In this document: positions 43,861-56,820 of the stretch, one piece after another | Numbering within the stretch: the stretch's first letter is position 1 | Layout of the letters: the number at the start of each line of letters is the position of its first letter | NCBI RefSeq assembly: GCF_009914755.1 | Contig: NC_060930.1 | Direction: 5' to 3' (one strand) | DNA length: 64,000 nt | From: the human T2T-CHM13v2.0 reference genome, Homo sapiens | Translations under genes and position numbers: made by a program | Notes under the pieces: model-generated | What the model was told of the DNA's origin: nothing | The model's input: the letters and a program-made list of their open reading frames with translations, nothing else | The model's database searches: none

Positions 43861-46809
43861 AAAATCTCGTTATTCTACAAAGTATATCAATCACTCCATT
43901 AAATCTTATTTCATTTAAAAACAATTTTTGTTGGAGTTCCTCTTTCAATTTGGGTCAAACAGCTCTTTACGTGATGACTTTATGTCAAACCTACATAGAG
44001 TTTCTGGAGTGGGCTCCATCCACTCCATTACCATACCTGAGAGAATGTCAGATTTCCTGCTTCCTCATTTGCATGACTTCTCAAAGTCAGCATGTTGATA
44101 ATGACTTATAGAAAACAGTCCTTTTAAAAGGAATGGCTTGCTATTGGTTTGGGCAGGAGGCATTTTGAATGACTGAGCAGTTAAGTCATCTCTTTATTTG
44201 AGAATAAATGATGAAGGGGTGTTTGAATGGGTTACCAAGTTATAAATTAATCTTGAGATACTCAAATGATTGTAAACCACCTGAGCTTTCCTCTCAGCTT
44301 TTAAATCATATGATATCAATCTTTGCTCATTTTCCTCTGGGTAATTTGTTATTATGCTGATGGTAACCAACTCCATGAGACATTAACCGGCAATCCACAT
44401 TACCAGTGAGTATACATTACAGCACTAAAATAAAAATAAACTCACAGAAGAAATAGCTTGAGATCTCAACCATGCTTTTCTGTCTACAAAACGGCATGAC
44501 AGTTTGGGGATTTCTAGCTGAAAATAAATTTAATTATGTTACTACTTTGCTGCTGCTAATTAGTGCCTAAGATATGTATCAGGAGGGCAGCCCAGTGTAG
44601 GTTTCGAAAGAGGGTTTACTACAAAGGCAGGATAGCAAAATGGGTTACCTTTTTCACTCTCACTATGTAAAGTGACATTTAAATTAGATCCTGGAAATTA
44701 CCTTTTCTGTTTATGTTAGCAAGATAGTCTTCTCTTTTGCTTTATTCAAATAGGGAAGCAACTTTATAACATTTTGTATCGCCTACATGAAGTGTTTTGC
44801 ATATCTGTAACCTTTCAATTAATGTTATTTATGTTTCAATAAACCACCATGCTACTTTTCCAGATGTCCTGATCCTTTATGTAAATGAATTTATTAGATC
44901 CAGCCACCAGACTCAATGAAATCTGCCAAATTCACTGTCTGGGCCACATACCATAGAGTTTAAGCTATATTTGCATAAGCTTGTTCTGTAAGTGTAATCT
45001 TATGTATCATCTGCAGAGTTAAAGTTTCACTAACGTAAATCCCTGACAAATCAAATACAGATGTAGCTTTTTGCCCTCAGGGGTAAGCCTGTCAATTCTC
45101 GGCTCTTGTATCTACCTCCTCCCCTTGGTGCTGGGCCCCCCATCCTCAACTTCTTTTCAGTACTACTAATCTTTCAAAATTGTTTATGTAAATACATTGG
45201 GGGTACCAAACATGGCAGCAAATACGTGTTGCTCAGGCCTTCTTTCCATCGTTCTGCCAGGCTAAAATAACGTTGGCGAGTCATTTGAAGGGAGCTAGTT
45301 GTACCACCTGGAAAAATTTCCCCTGCCAATCAGTGGATGGCAGACAGATTGTTTCAGTTTGCCTAGAGATGTTTTAGATAAGGAGGAGTCAAGCTTAATA
45401 AATGGGTTAATGTCAGCCGGCAAATTCCATAACGTGGCCAAGGTAAATTTAATAATAGGCCAGTAGAGGAAGGAGGAGGGGGTTGGCATGAAGAGGCTGA
45501 GGGGGTGGGGGAAGTTGGGGGAGGGTCTATCTATTCAGGCCCAGTCTTTTTTGGTGATTGTCACAACCTCAGTGAAAGGCAGGATTCTTCTTTAGATTCA
45601 GTGATTAGCTTCAGAACTCTTGACAGGTTTAAGCCATGTCTAAAAAGAGGGAAAATATGACTGCCGAAAGTGGAGGGTGTTAGTGTTCTTTGGGTTTGTT
45701 TTTGATTATTTTAAAGTCTAAATATGTTTCCTCTGCTGGTGCCCAGTTGCTATTTATTTGGCTTTAGACTTTGATCCCCTTTATGCTGGCACATCATAAA
45801 AAACATATTCCTGCTCAAGTCTTATATTATGTAGTTTGTTTCTGCTCAGGGTGTTCAGCAGGCCGGGCTGTACCCACTGAATAAGCCTCTCTTTGTTTTT
45901 GATGGACTCCAGGTGTTTATCGCTATAAGTTAGTAATGGAGTTAACCGCAAGAAGCAAACTGGAAAAATAAGGGATTGGGGAAAATTCTGAGTTTGATAA
46001 CTTAGGAGTCTGCCTTTTGGCAAAACCCCTAAGGGAATAAAATACACTAAAAAAAAAAAAAGAAACAACGGAGTCTTACTTCTGCTTTCTAATCAAGTTG
46101 GATGAAATTGGGATTTTAGTATGCACAGATAAGCTTGTTCATTTTATTTCTTCAGTGAGTTTCTTTGAAAGTGGCCAAAGAGCCTTTTTTCCCTATGCAT
46201 TTTTATCATGGTACTAAAATGAATAATGGCAGCTATTCCAGAAGAGATTACTGATATCCATTTTCTTGATCTGAGCTAGGAGGATTAATGCCAGAAGCAA
46301 TTTTCCACCTGTGGTAACTTTTTCTTTCCCCTTTGGAGGAGGGGACATAGGGGGACAGCAATAATATTGGGATGAATGTGAAAACGATCAGAAGAGCCCC
46401 CTCTTACCCAATCACTTTTCAATTAGGGTACTTCTTATTTTTGTTTTTCTTTTCTGCCCAACCAGACCTTGTTTTGGGAGTAGAGGCCAATTTAAAGAAA
46501 ATTTATGATGGTGAGCAAGATTGCTGGAGAGGTTTGTGTATCTGTCTATCTCCTTTGTTTATACAAATGTATATGGTGCATCCTGTGTTAAAGATCAAAG
46601 CTTTACTGTGGACACCTTGAATCCCCAGGTCCAAGGTCAGGGCCTTTGAAGAATGCACATTTGCTACTGTTAATCTAAGAATCCTGATTTTTCCATACAT
46701 TAGTTTGTTATCTGATTTAAGTATTGCAGTCCTAGGTATAATAAAAATTTGTGGCCAAATAAAAGGATTTAACAATGTATTTGCACAAAATGGATTAAAA
46801 GGAGAAACA

Positions 46810-47162
<353 letters not shown>

Positions 47163-47237
47163 CTAGGCATGTTTCTAATTTTTTCACATGAATTAAAATA
47201 CTTAATTTTTCCAATGACTGATGGAAAATTAGTCAGT

Positions 47238-47275
47238 GGACTAATCTATTGGACTAATCTATTAGACTAATCTAT
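47238..47275. repeat. 13-bp tandem repeat x3
   Basis: ggactaatctatt ggactaatctatt agactaatctat. Confidence 0.9.
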
Positions 47276-48986
47276 GATGTAGACACCATTATTATCTTCC
47301 TTTATTGAGGAGGAAACTGAGGCATAAATAATCTAACCCACTGGCTCCAACAGCAAAAGAATTGCATAGTCAATAATAAACTATAGGTAGTTTGGCTTTA
47401 AAGCTAGTGTTTCACACCAGGTTTCTGTAAGATGCAAATAAGGATGGGGTAAGTTTCCTAACTTTCAGAAATGTATACTGCCAAAACAAAATTTTGTGTT
47501 AATGAGATTCTATTTGAAATATTTAAGAGAAATAAGCTCTACACAAAGTATAACTTAATGGTAAATGTTCCAGTACTTTGCTTTGACATTTTTACTACAC
47601 CATATATACTAGTACTGACATGATAAGTCATCTCAGAAGTTAATTTTTGTTTGATTTTCTTTGGAGTTTTCAAATATCATTTAAAAACTTAATTCAGTGT
47701 CTAATTTCCATGTCTAAGTAGGTATGTCCCATAAATGTGTATATTTCATCACAAGCTCAAAGGGAACTCAGAGGACTACAATTCAACAAGACAAAAATCT
47801 ATTTTTACTTTGGCCTTTCCAAAGCAGTAAGTTGATTTTTTTTTTTTCTGGAATACAGTGTGCATCCAATCCAAACTTCTCAAGTTCAAATTGATTCTCA
47901 AATTCCCCAAACACAAAAATTAAGAAACTCTTATTTTTTGATTATCTTGGAAAGAGAGGACAGCTGTTAGAAAAGTAGAAATTGGAAAGAGAAGCAGACC
48001 CTAAAGAAACTCTCCTGTTAGCTTTCCCAGAGGAAAGGGAATATTTAAGACGTCAGCAATCAGTCTGGGCATTTGAGCCTTCTCTCTGTTTATATGCCAA
48101 TAAAAGAGCTAGCTGGTACTCTTGATAACTGCAGACCCTTGTTTACTGAAAGCTTCATTTCCCTGTGTGGATCCATCTAACTGAGAGAGAGGGACTGAAA
48201 GAGTGGCAAAAAAATAGTCCCATTTTATGGTACACCATTTGGTAGTATCTTGTTTCTTTGCCCCTCTTCACAGACATGTCTGAATCCACTTGTATTTTAT
48301 TTACAAAGACACATAGTCCTTCTTGAACATCCTCCCGCTTCTTTACAACATATACAAAGTTTAAATGTTATTTAATGTATGTAAACAGTGGCAGAATATA
48401 GCATTATTCTTTCCTCTTTGTGTTTCTCAAGGCACATATGATCATATTGAAACGCACGTGGAGCGGGTCTTTAGGTCTTCCTGTAAAAGTCAATATGACG
48501 GATTTGGAAGTGTCCTGGATAGCCATGGCAGGATGTCTTTTTAGGTACCTTCTAGTTTGCAGGGTTTACACAGGAAAAACCCTTCCTGAGGGATGGGACT
48601 AGGGCTAACAGGCAGGTCAACGGAAAATCAGCCACTTAATCAGTGGCAGCCCCACCAAAGCCGGCTGAAAACTTAGCAGTTCTCCCATGGAGAGTATGCA
48701 CCGCTGGAGCCCAAAGATGGTGGAGGACTGACAAGGCCAGGGCTGCCTTCATATTTGCAAAATTATGACAAGTGGAGGAGGAAATCATTTCTTCTCTCAC
48801 TGCAAGCTGCCTGCCACCTACTGCGATACCTCTAACAGCAACAATTCCACCCACAACCACGCCAGCGGCACTAGCAGCAACATACACCCCTGCACTCTCA
48901 CTGGGTATGTAACACTGCTTCCCCTCTTCCTTTTCAGCTGCCTGGCTCTTACCATAGTTGTCTCTAGAAATAACATTTGAATAGCA

Positions 48987-49259
48987 GGCCGGGCGCAGTG
49001 GTTCCTGCCTGTAATCCCAGCACTTTGGGAGGCCAAGGCGGGCAGATCACCTGAGGTCAGGAGTTCCAGACCAGCTTGTCTCTACTAGAAATACAAATAT
49101 TAGCTGGGTGTGGTTGTGGGTACCTGCAATCCCAGCTACTCAGGAGGCTGAGGCAGGAGAATTGCTTGAGCCTGGGAGGCGGAGGTTGCAGTGAGCCAGG
49201 ACTTCAACACTGCACTGCAGCCTGGGCGACAGAGCAAGAACCATCCAAAAAAAAAAAAA
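48987..49259 (+). mobile_element. AluS with ~20-bp internal deletion
   Basis: ccagcttg joined to tctctact. Confidence 0.92.
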
Positions 49260-50188
49260 TGAAGAGCAGTACCAAAAGGATAGGCATTCCATTTACTTCT
49301 CCTATTTTTCTCATATTTGCCAGCCTACCAGACAGCTACATGCTTTGACCAGATTGATTTGGCCCCTTGTGGAATTGTTTTTACTGAACTGCATTTGGCA
49401 TTATGCCCTCAGCAGGCATTGAGGAAAGCAGGGAGAAGCAGTCATAAGAAATGACTGTAGTTTTTGTTGAAGTTTGTTCTTAAGATTGTTGTTTATCAGT
49501 GTCTTTTTTATGAGTCTCAAAAGAGATATTTCTGTTAAGCGGAGGCCAGGAAAATCTGCCTTCCTGAACAACTGGTGTGTTTCTAACGTAGACACCAGGC
49601 ATCTTGTAACTGCTAACTCATCATTTAAGTCAGTAAAATCTTCTGAAGAACATGATGAGAATATATGATTTTCATGTTACAACAAATTATTTCATCCAAC
49701 AAATGGCTACAATTCATTTTGAATAAACTTGTTCTATCATTGACCAAGAAACCTGCCAGAATCTTTAAGTGCTGTGGAGAAAACTCTTCGGGTTTAAGCA
49801 CATACGTTCACAGGAAATGTCTATGCCTTCAATTAGGTGATAATGAAGATGAAAATGATTTGTTTTTAGGTGTGTTATTTTTAATTTTTTTTCCTTTTTT
49901 AACCTACTCATATGATTTCAAGGATTCTTGGTTTTAGTTAATTGATAAGAAATTGAAGGGAATGAGAAGGTAAATGGTAATTTAGAAATGTTGATTGTGG
50001 TAAGGCAGAGAAAATGATCTGATGAAGAAAAATGAATCCCAGGGATTATAAAGCTCCAGAGATTTTACTCTAAGTATTGAAATATTAATTGGCCAATCTA
50101 CTTTTTATCAATTTTATTTGAATCAAAATGACTATAGACTTTAAGTTGGGAAAAGGAGTCTCCTTGTTACTTGAAAAGCAAAGAACAA

Positions 50189-50496
50189 GGCTGGGTGTGA
50201 TGGCTCTCTCCTGTAATCCCATTAATTTGGGAGGTCAAGGCAGGTGGGTCACTTGAGTCCAGGAGTTCTAGAACAGCCTGGTCAACATGGCAAAACCCGT
50301 CTCTACAAAAATTTTAAACTTTAGCTGGACATGGTGGTGGGCATCTATATAGTTCCAGCTACTTGGGAGGCTTAGGTGGGAGGATAGCTTGAGGCTTGGA
50401 GGTTGAAGCTGCAGCGAGCCGAGGTCTGTGCCTCTGCACTCCAGCCTGACTGACAGTGAGACCTTGTCTCAAAAAAAAAAAAAAAAAAAAAAAAAA
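50189..50496 (+). mobile_element. AluJ
   Basis: TSD gaaaagcaaagaacaa / gaaagtaaagaacaa. Confidence 0.92.
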
Positions 50497-50539
50497 GAGA
50501 GAAAGTAAAGAACAAAGGTTAGCCTCAGTAGCCATGGAA

Positions 50540-50726
50540 AAGTGTTTCTCAAAATGTGGTTCCTGGAGCAGCAGCTTCAGCATCACTACCACTTGGGAAT
50601 TTGTTAGAAATGCAAATATTGGGGCCCCATCCCAAACCCTACTGCATCAGAAATTCTGGAGGGGAGGCCAACAATCTGTTTGCCCTTCAGGTGATCCTGA
50701 TGACTGCTAAAGTTTGAGAACCATCA
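50540..50726. mobile_element. MER5A
   Basis: agtgtttctcaaaatgtggttcc...ttgttagaaatgcaaat...aaagtttgagaacca. Confidence 0.85.
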
Positions 50727-51235
50727 CAATCCAGCAAGCCTCAAATTTCTCTAAGGCGATGGTCAGTCAAACCTTTCTCAGCCAGAGTATGCACAGGCCT
50801 AGTCTCAGAGGGAATCCATCCAGGTTATAGTATAAAAAGATTACCCAACAAGGGAGGTGTCATTGATGACTTTTATATTTTTCCCTGCATTATAAGGTAT
50901 CGATTCAACCAAATAAACAGAGAGGTTGTTCAAATTTTATGAATTATCAATATATATTTATCTTCATATGGCACTTCTTCAAAGAAGCAACAGTTAGCTA
51001 TGACATGGTAAGTTTTTTGAATGTATTAATAGTGGCCGAATTGACTGAATGAATTAAAAGTGGCTGAATTGGCTGGACTGCCAATTTCAAAGGTCTCCAG
51101 GTAGCAGGATCTGGCCCTGTGTTTTAAACTTGCTGGGTAACACCTCTGAAAACATGCAATATTCATAAAAACTGAAGTGAATCACATGGTATAATGTTTG
51201 TACTTATCAGTTCTCTGCTTTTTCCAGGTTTTTGA

Positions 51236-51571
<336 letters not shown>

Positions 51572-52465
51572 ACAAATATTAAAAAAATTTAAAGGAAAAG
51601 TTAAAGCCTCTTATAACCCATATCACTTCTTGCCTTTTCACCTAAGCCCTGTTTACCTGTTAGTTTTCCAGGGGTAATTACTGAGAACAGTTTGAGGTAC
51701 ATTTTTCTAGAACTTTTACAGCCTATAGAAACATATGTTAAGTATATCATTTTTTTTTTTTAGCACAAATCAAATTATACTCTATAGTGTACTCTAGTAT
51801 ACTATTTTGCTACTTGCTTTTTTCCACTAAAGTATTTTCTGGAACAAGTTTCTGTAGCTAGGATTTGCAGAAAAAAAAATAGGAAGAATCAATCAACATG
51901 CAAACTTTGGTAGCTTACATTGCTGTTCTATGAGAGAACCAAAGTGCTTGCTCTCAGTAGGTCTACAGCATGGTTGGGAAGAGAATGATAATACTGGTTA
52001 ATCAAAGCAAGTGAGAGCTGAGTTACCAGGGACTCGTTTATGTGTGATTCTGTCATGAAGAGATGTGAGACATATCAGTCAGGCTGCAGAGGCGTGATGA
52101 GAGAGGAGGCAGTTAAGATGCAAAGGATTAGGGCAAGTAAGAAAATAGTGGTGGGAGTGAGGCTGAACTTTTCTGCTTTCCTCAAGCAAGAACAAAGTCA
52201 TCATCATCATAATAGCAGAATTGAGTGTGGCATCTGGAGGGATACATTTAAAGACCCTCCTGGAGTGGAAGGGAATGTTTGAGATTAGTGGGAAATCTGA
52301 TGGATTAGTGGAGGGTGGGAGAACATTTAAAATGAAGGCAGAGAAAGTTAGACATGATATGGTAAAATACTTGGTTAAAACGGAGACATTATGTGATATG
52401 GCCAAGAAGGAATGTCTTTTCTCATTCACATTTATCTAACAGATGCCTCATCTTTTTGAAGAAGG

Positions 52466-52467
<2 letters not shown>

Positions 52468-52508
<41 letters not shown>

Positions 52509-52513
52509 CACAC
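52468..52513. repeat. (CA)n microsatellite
   Basis: Direct reading, one CG interruption. Confidence 0.97.
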
Positions 52514-54339
52514 AGAGTCCTTTTTTAAGCAGTTTCATTCAAATGGAGTAATTTTTTGATGGTGTCTAGGAGTTTCATAGGATGGGTATTTTAATAATAA
52601 GTATCTAATTTGAAATTGCATGATTTATTACATGGTGGTCTATAGATTATTGATTTGTGTAACATCTAAACTCAGAGGAATTGATCTATGGCTTTAACAA
52701 CTGTTTTAGGTAAGTGTTGAACTATGATTTGTATCTATATTCTTATTTCTTGTAAGACAGTTTATTCTAAGCTACAATCAATTCACTACTTGTTACTTAT
52801 AATGAACACTGTTCATAGTAATAGTTTTATTTTACACACACATAAATAGTATAAAGCATATATGTGGTTCTATTTCAAAAAGAAAGTTCTCCTGACAAAA
52901 TGTATATAATTCTTTCCTTTAGCCTACATGATTCTCTGAAAAATATACCATCAAAGTGTAATCATTGTTGCCTGAGAGTCTAACACCAGATAGTCAGAGT
53001 GTTGGTTTGAAACAGGCTGAACACTTAGCAAGATTTGTTTACTTCTTTTCCTTAGATGAAGATCAAATGAACAAATTCCCACTCAATGTTATAATAGAAG
53101 GAGACAAAGGAAAAAGAGCAATTGTATTCTATTGCTGAACTTTTCCCCTGTATTGAGACTTGATGTCCAAAATTTCACAGTTTTGTTCCATGGGACTGAC
53201 TCATGCATAGGATAAATAGGATTTTCCCTAGGAAAACAGTAGAATGTAATGGTGCTATAGGTATGTATTTTCATGCCTTTAAGCCTTTTATAATGTGGTT
53301 GACTATCTTTATAAGAGAAGAAAGCACCACACTAAAGATTCTCCCTAAGCTTGATGTAATGATAAAAGATGTTGGGTGTGTTTTGTTTATTTTCTTTCTA
53401 AGCACTACCCAGATTTAAATACAAGTTGTTATAAAATTATGAATGGATGAATTAAATTGCTTACAATAGGATGGAGACACAGTAAAGGCAGAAATTTGGA
53501 AAAAAGCAAGGAAATCCTTAATCTATGTATTCTTCCCAAACTATCCCTCCCCTTGTTTTTTAAAACCCGGCCTGTATTTTAAGATTTTTAAATTTTATAC
53601 CTAAAACTTTCCTCTGTCTCTTTCCCTTGTTTTCCCCGCCATCCTTTTTTTTTTAAGCTTTACACTGGTGAGAATTTGGCCTACAAGTCTAATGCAGTTT
53701 ATGGGCACCAGTTGTTATGGTCTAATAATCTTTCCCAGGCTCTCCCTATTTGCAAGACACATTCTAATTTGGGGTCATATGGATCATTTATAAGGAAATG
53801 CCTTTTTGTAATCCACTTGCCCCTACATATATTTTTATTTGTAATATTTACACAGCTAATTTGACCAGAGGAGAAACTGCTCTTGGAACATGAGTGATTT
53901 CTACACAGAGAACAAATTTAGTTCCAATCAAGATCTCCATGATTAGGAACGGGTGTTGAGGGTAATTTGGAATTCAAGGCAACTACCAATACAGCACACG
54001 TTTAGATTTTTAGATGTGGTGGTGAACCGTTGAAAAGAAACTGGCTGAGATTTGAGCATTATTTGAAGTGGAAAAAGAAAAATAGCTTGTCTCTGGGCTT
54101 CATGCCATTTGCCTCCTTTAGTATCTGAAGATTTTTTTTTTCTTTCTGGTTTGGGGAAAAAGTGAGGCGCCGTGGGCTGTAGCAGGAATCAGGAATGATT
54201 CCTCTATAAGCAAAAAGATATCTGCCCAGTGAAGTCTCAGAAAAAAATTAGGTCTTGGAAATTATAGAGGAAGTCTTATTGCCAGGATTAGAATAAGAAG
54301 AATAGAACAGTACCGTGTTCTCTATTCCCAAAGGTTTGA

Positions 54340-55110
<771 letters not shown>

Positions 55111-55245
55111 TCCACCCTGGGAGTATGGAGTGGGGAATAAATTCAGCTCCTCTTTTGTTCATTGCAATATTATAAAGTGTTATAATATTTTCTACCATTT
55201 GTAGAAAACATTTTGATGTGCCATAATTTAAATTTTCTTCTTCTA

Positions 55246-56820
55246 TTAGGTTGATGTAAAAGTAATTGCTGTTTCACAATGAGAACACATGGGCACAAGG
55301 AGGGGAACATCACACACTGCGGCCTGTCGGGGGGTGGGGGGCTTAGGGGAGGGATAGCATTAGAAGAAATACCTAATGTAGATGACGGGTTGATAGGTGC
55401 AGCAAACCACCATGGCACGTGTATACCTGTGTAACAAATCTGCACGTTCTGCACATGTATCCCAGAACTTAAAGTATAATAATAATAAAAATTTTTTAGA
55501 AAGTAATTGTGTTTCAGACCATGAATTTTAAGTCGTTATAATTAGGTTTAAACAATCTTTACTAATCAAAACCAGACCCATTACAACCAACACAGTTTTG
55601 CCAATGAGAAATAAGTTTGTTTATTCCTATAGCATAACAATCGGTGCTTCGGTATTTGATGAACTCTTGGAAAGCATTTTCTGCATCCTGCTGGTTATGG
55701 AAGGGTTTTCCATGAAAAAAGTTGTCAAGTGGCTTGAAGAAGTGGTAGTCGCTTGGCAAGAGGTCAGGTGAAAATGGCGGATGAGGCAAAACTTGGTAAC
55801 CCAATTGTTCCAACTTTTGAAGCCTTGGTTGTGTGAAGAGCGGTCAAGCATTGTGGAGAAGAATTAGGCCCTTTCTGTTGACCAATGCCGGCTGCAGGTG
55901 TTGCAGTTTTCGGCACATCTCATCGATTTGCTGCGCATACTTCTCAGATGTAATGGTTTCGATGGGATTCAGAGAGCCGTAGTGGATCAGACTGGCAGCA
56001 GACCACCAAACAGTGCCCATGACCTTTTTATGGTGCCAGTTGGGCTTTGGGAAGTGCTTTGGCGCTTCTTGTTGGTCCAGCCACTGAGCTGGTCATAGTC
56101 AGCTGTATAAAATCCGCTTTTAATTGCATGTCACAATCCAATCGAGAAATGGTTCGTGTTGTTGTGTAGAATAAGAGAAGATGACACTTGACAATTTTTT
56201 TGATTTTCACTCCGCTCACGAGGCACCAACTTATCAAGCTTTTTCACCTTTCCAATTTGCTTCAAATGCTGAATGACCTTAGAGTCGTTGACATTGAGTT
56301 CTTCGGTAACTTCTAGTGCAGTTGTAAAAGGATCAGCTTCGATGATTGCTTTCTGTTGGTTGCTGTCGGCTTCTGATGGCCCGCCACTACGCTCCTCATC
56401 TTCAAGGCTCTCGTCTCCTTTGCAAAACTTCTTGAACCACCACTGCACTGTACGTTGATTAGCAGTTCCTGGGCCAAATACGTTGCTGATGTTGTGAGTT
56501 GTCTCTGTTGCTTTACGACCAATTTTGAACTCGAGTAAGAACATTGCTCGAATTTGCTTTTTGTCTAACAATATTTCCAAAGTCTAAAATAAATATAAAA
56601 TAAACAGCAAGTAATTATTATTACTTTTTTATTAGTAATTTTTTTAGTAATAATATTTTTAGTAATTATTTATTAGTAATAATTTTTTTATTAGTTAAAA
56701 AATGAGAAATGTGCATCAAAATGATGTATAACATATCCACATTTATTTAAGAATGTATTCAAATGTCAAATGAAAAATTTCAACAATGCAAAGACCACAG
56801 TTACGTTTGCACCAACCTAA
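55246..56820 (-). mobile_element. Full-length Hsmar1 (Tc1/mariner) transposon, defective
   Basis: TIRs ttaggttgatgtaaaagtaattgc and ...acagttacgtttgcaccaacctaa with flanking TA (55244-45, 56821-22); transposase remnant 56580-55562 (LDKKQIRA...VQWWFKKFCKGDESLEDEERSG...; PFSPDLLPSDYHFF) like the SETMAR transposase domain. Confidence 0.96.
55277..55499 (+). mobile_element. 5'-truncated L1PA 3' end (PA7-like) inserted in the Hsmar1 TIR
   Basis: L1 3' UTR with G-tract and gaacttaaagtataat; TSD aaagtaattg(c)tgtttca at 55259-55276 and 55500-55516. Confidence 0.93.

Noticed and set aside
56131-56580. 149-aa mariner transposase N-terminal ORF as an active gene
   Set aside because: Start codon is TTG, the frame is broken downstream and two of the three catalytic Asp motifs are destroyed
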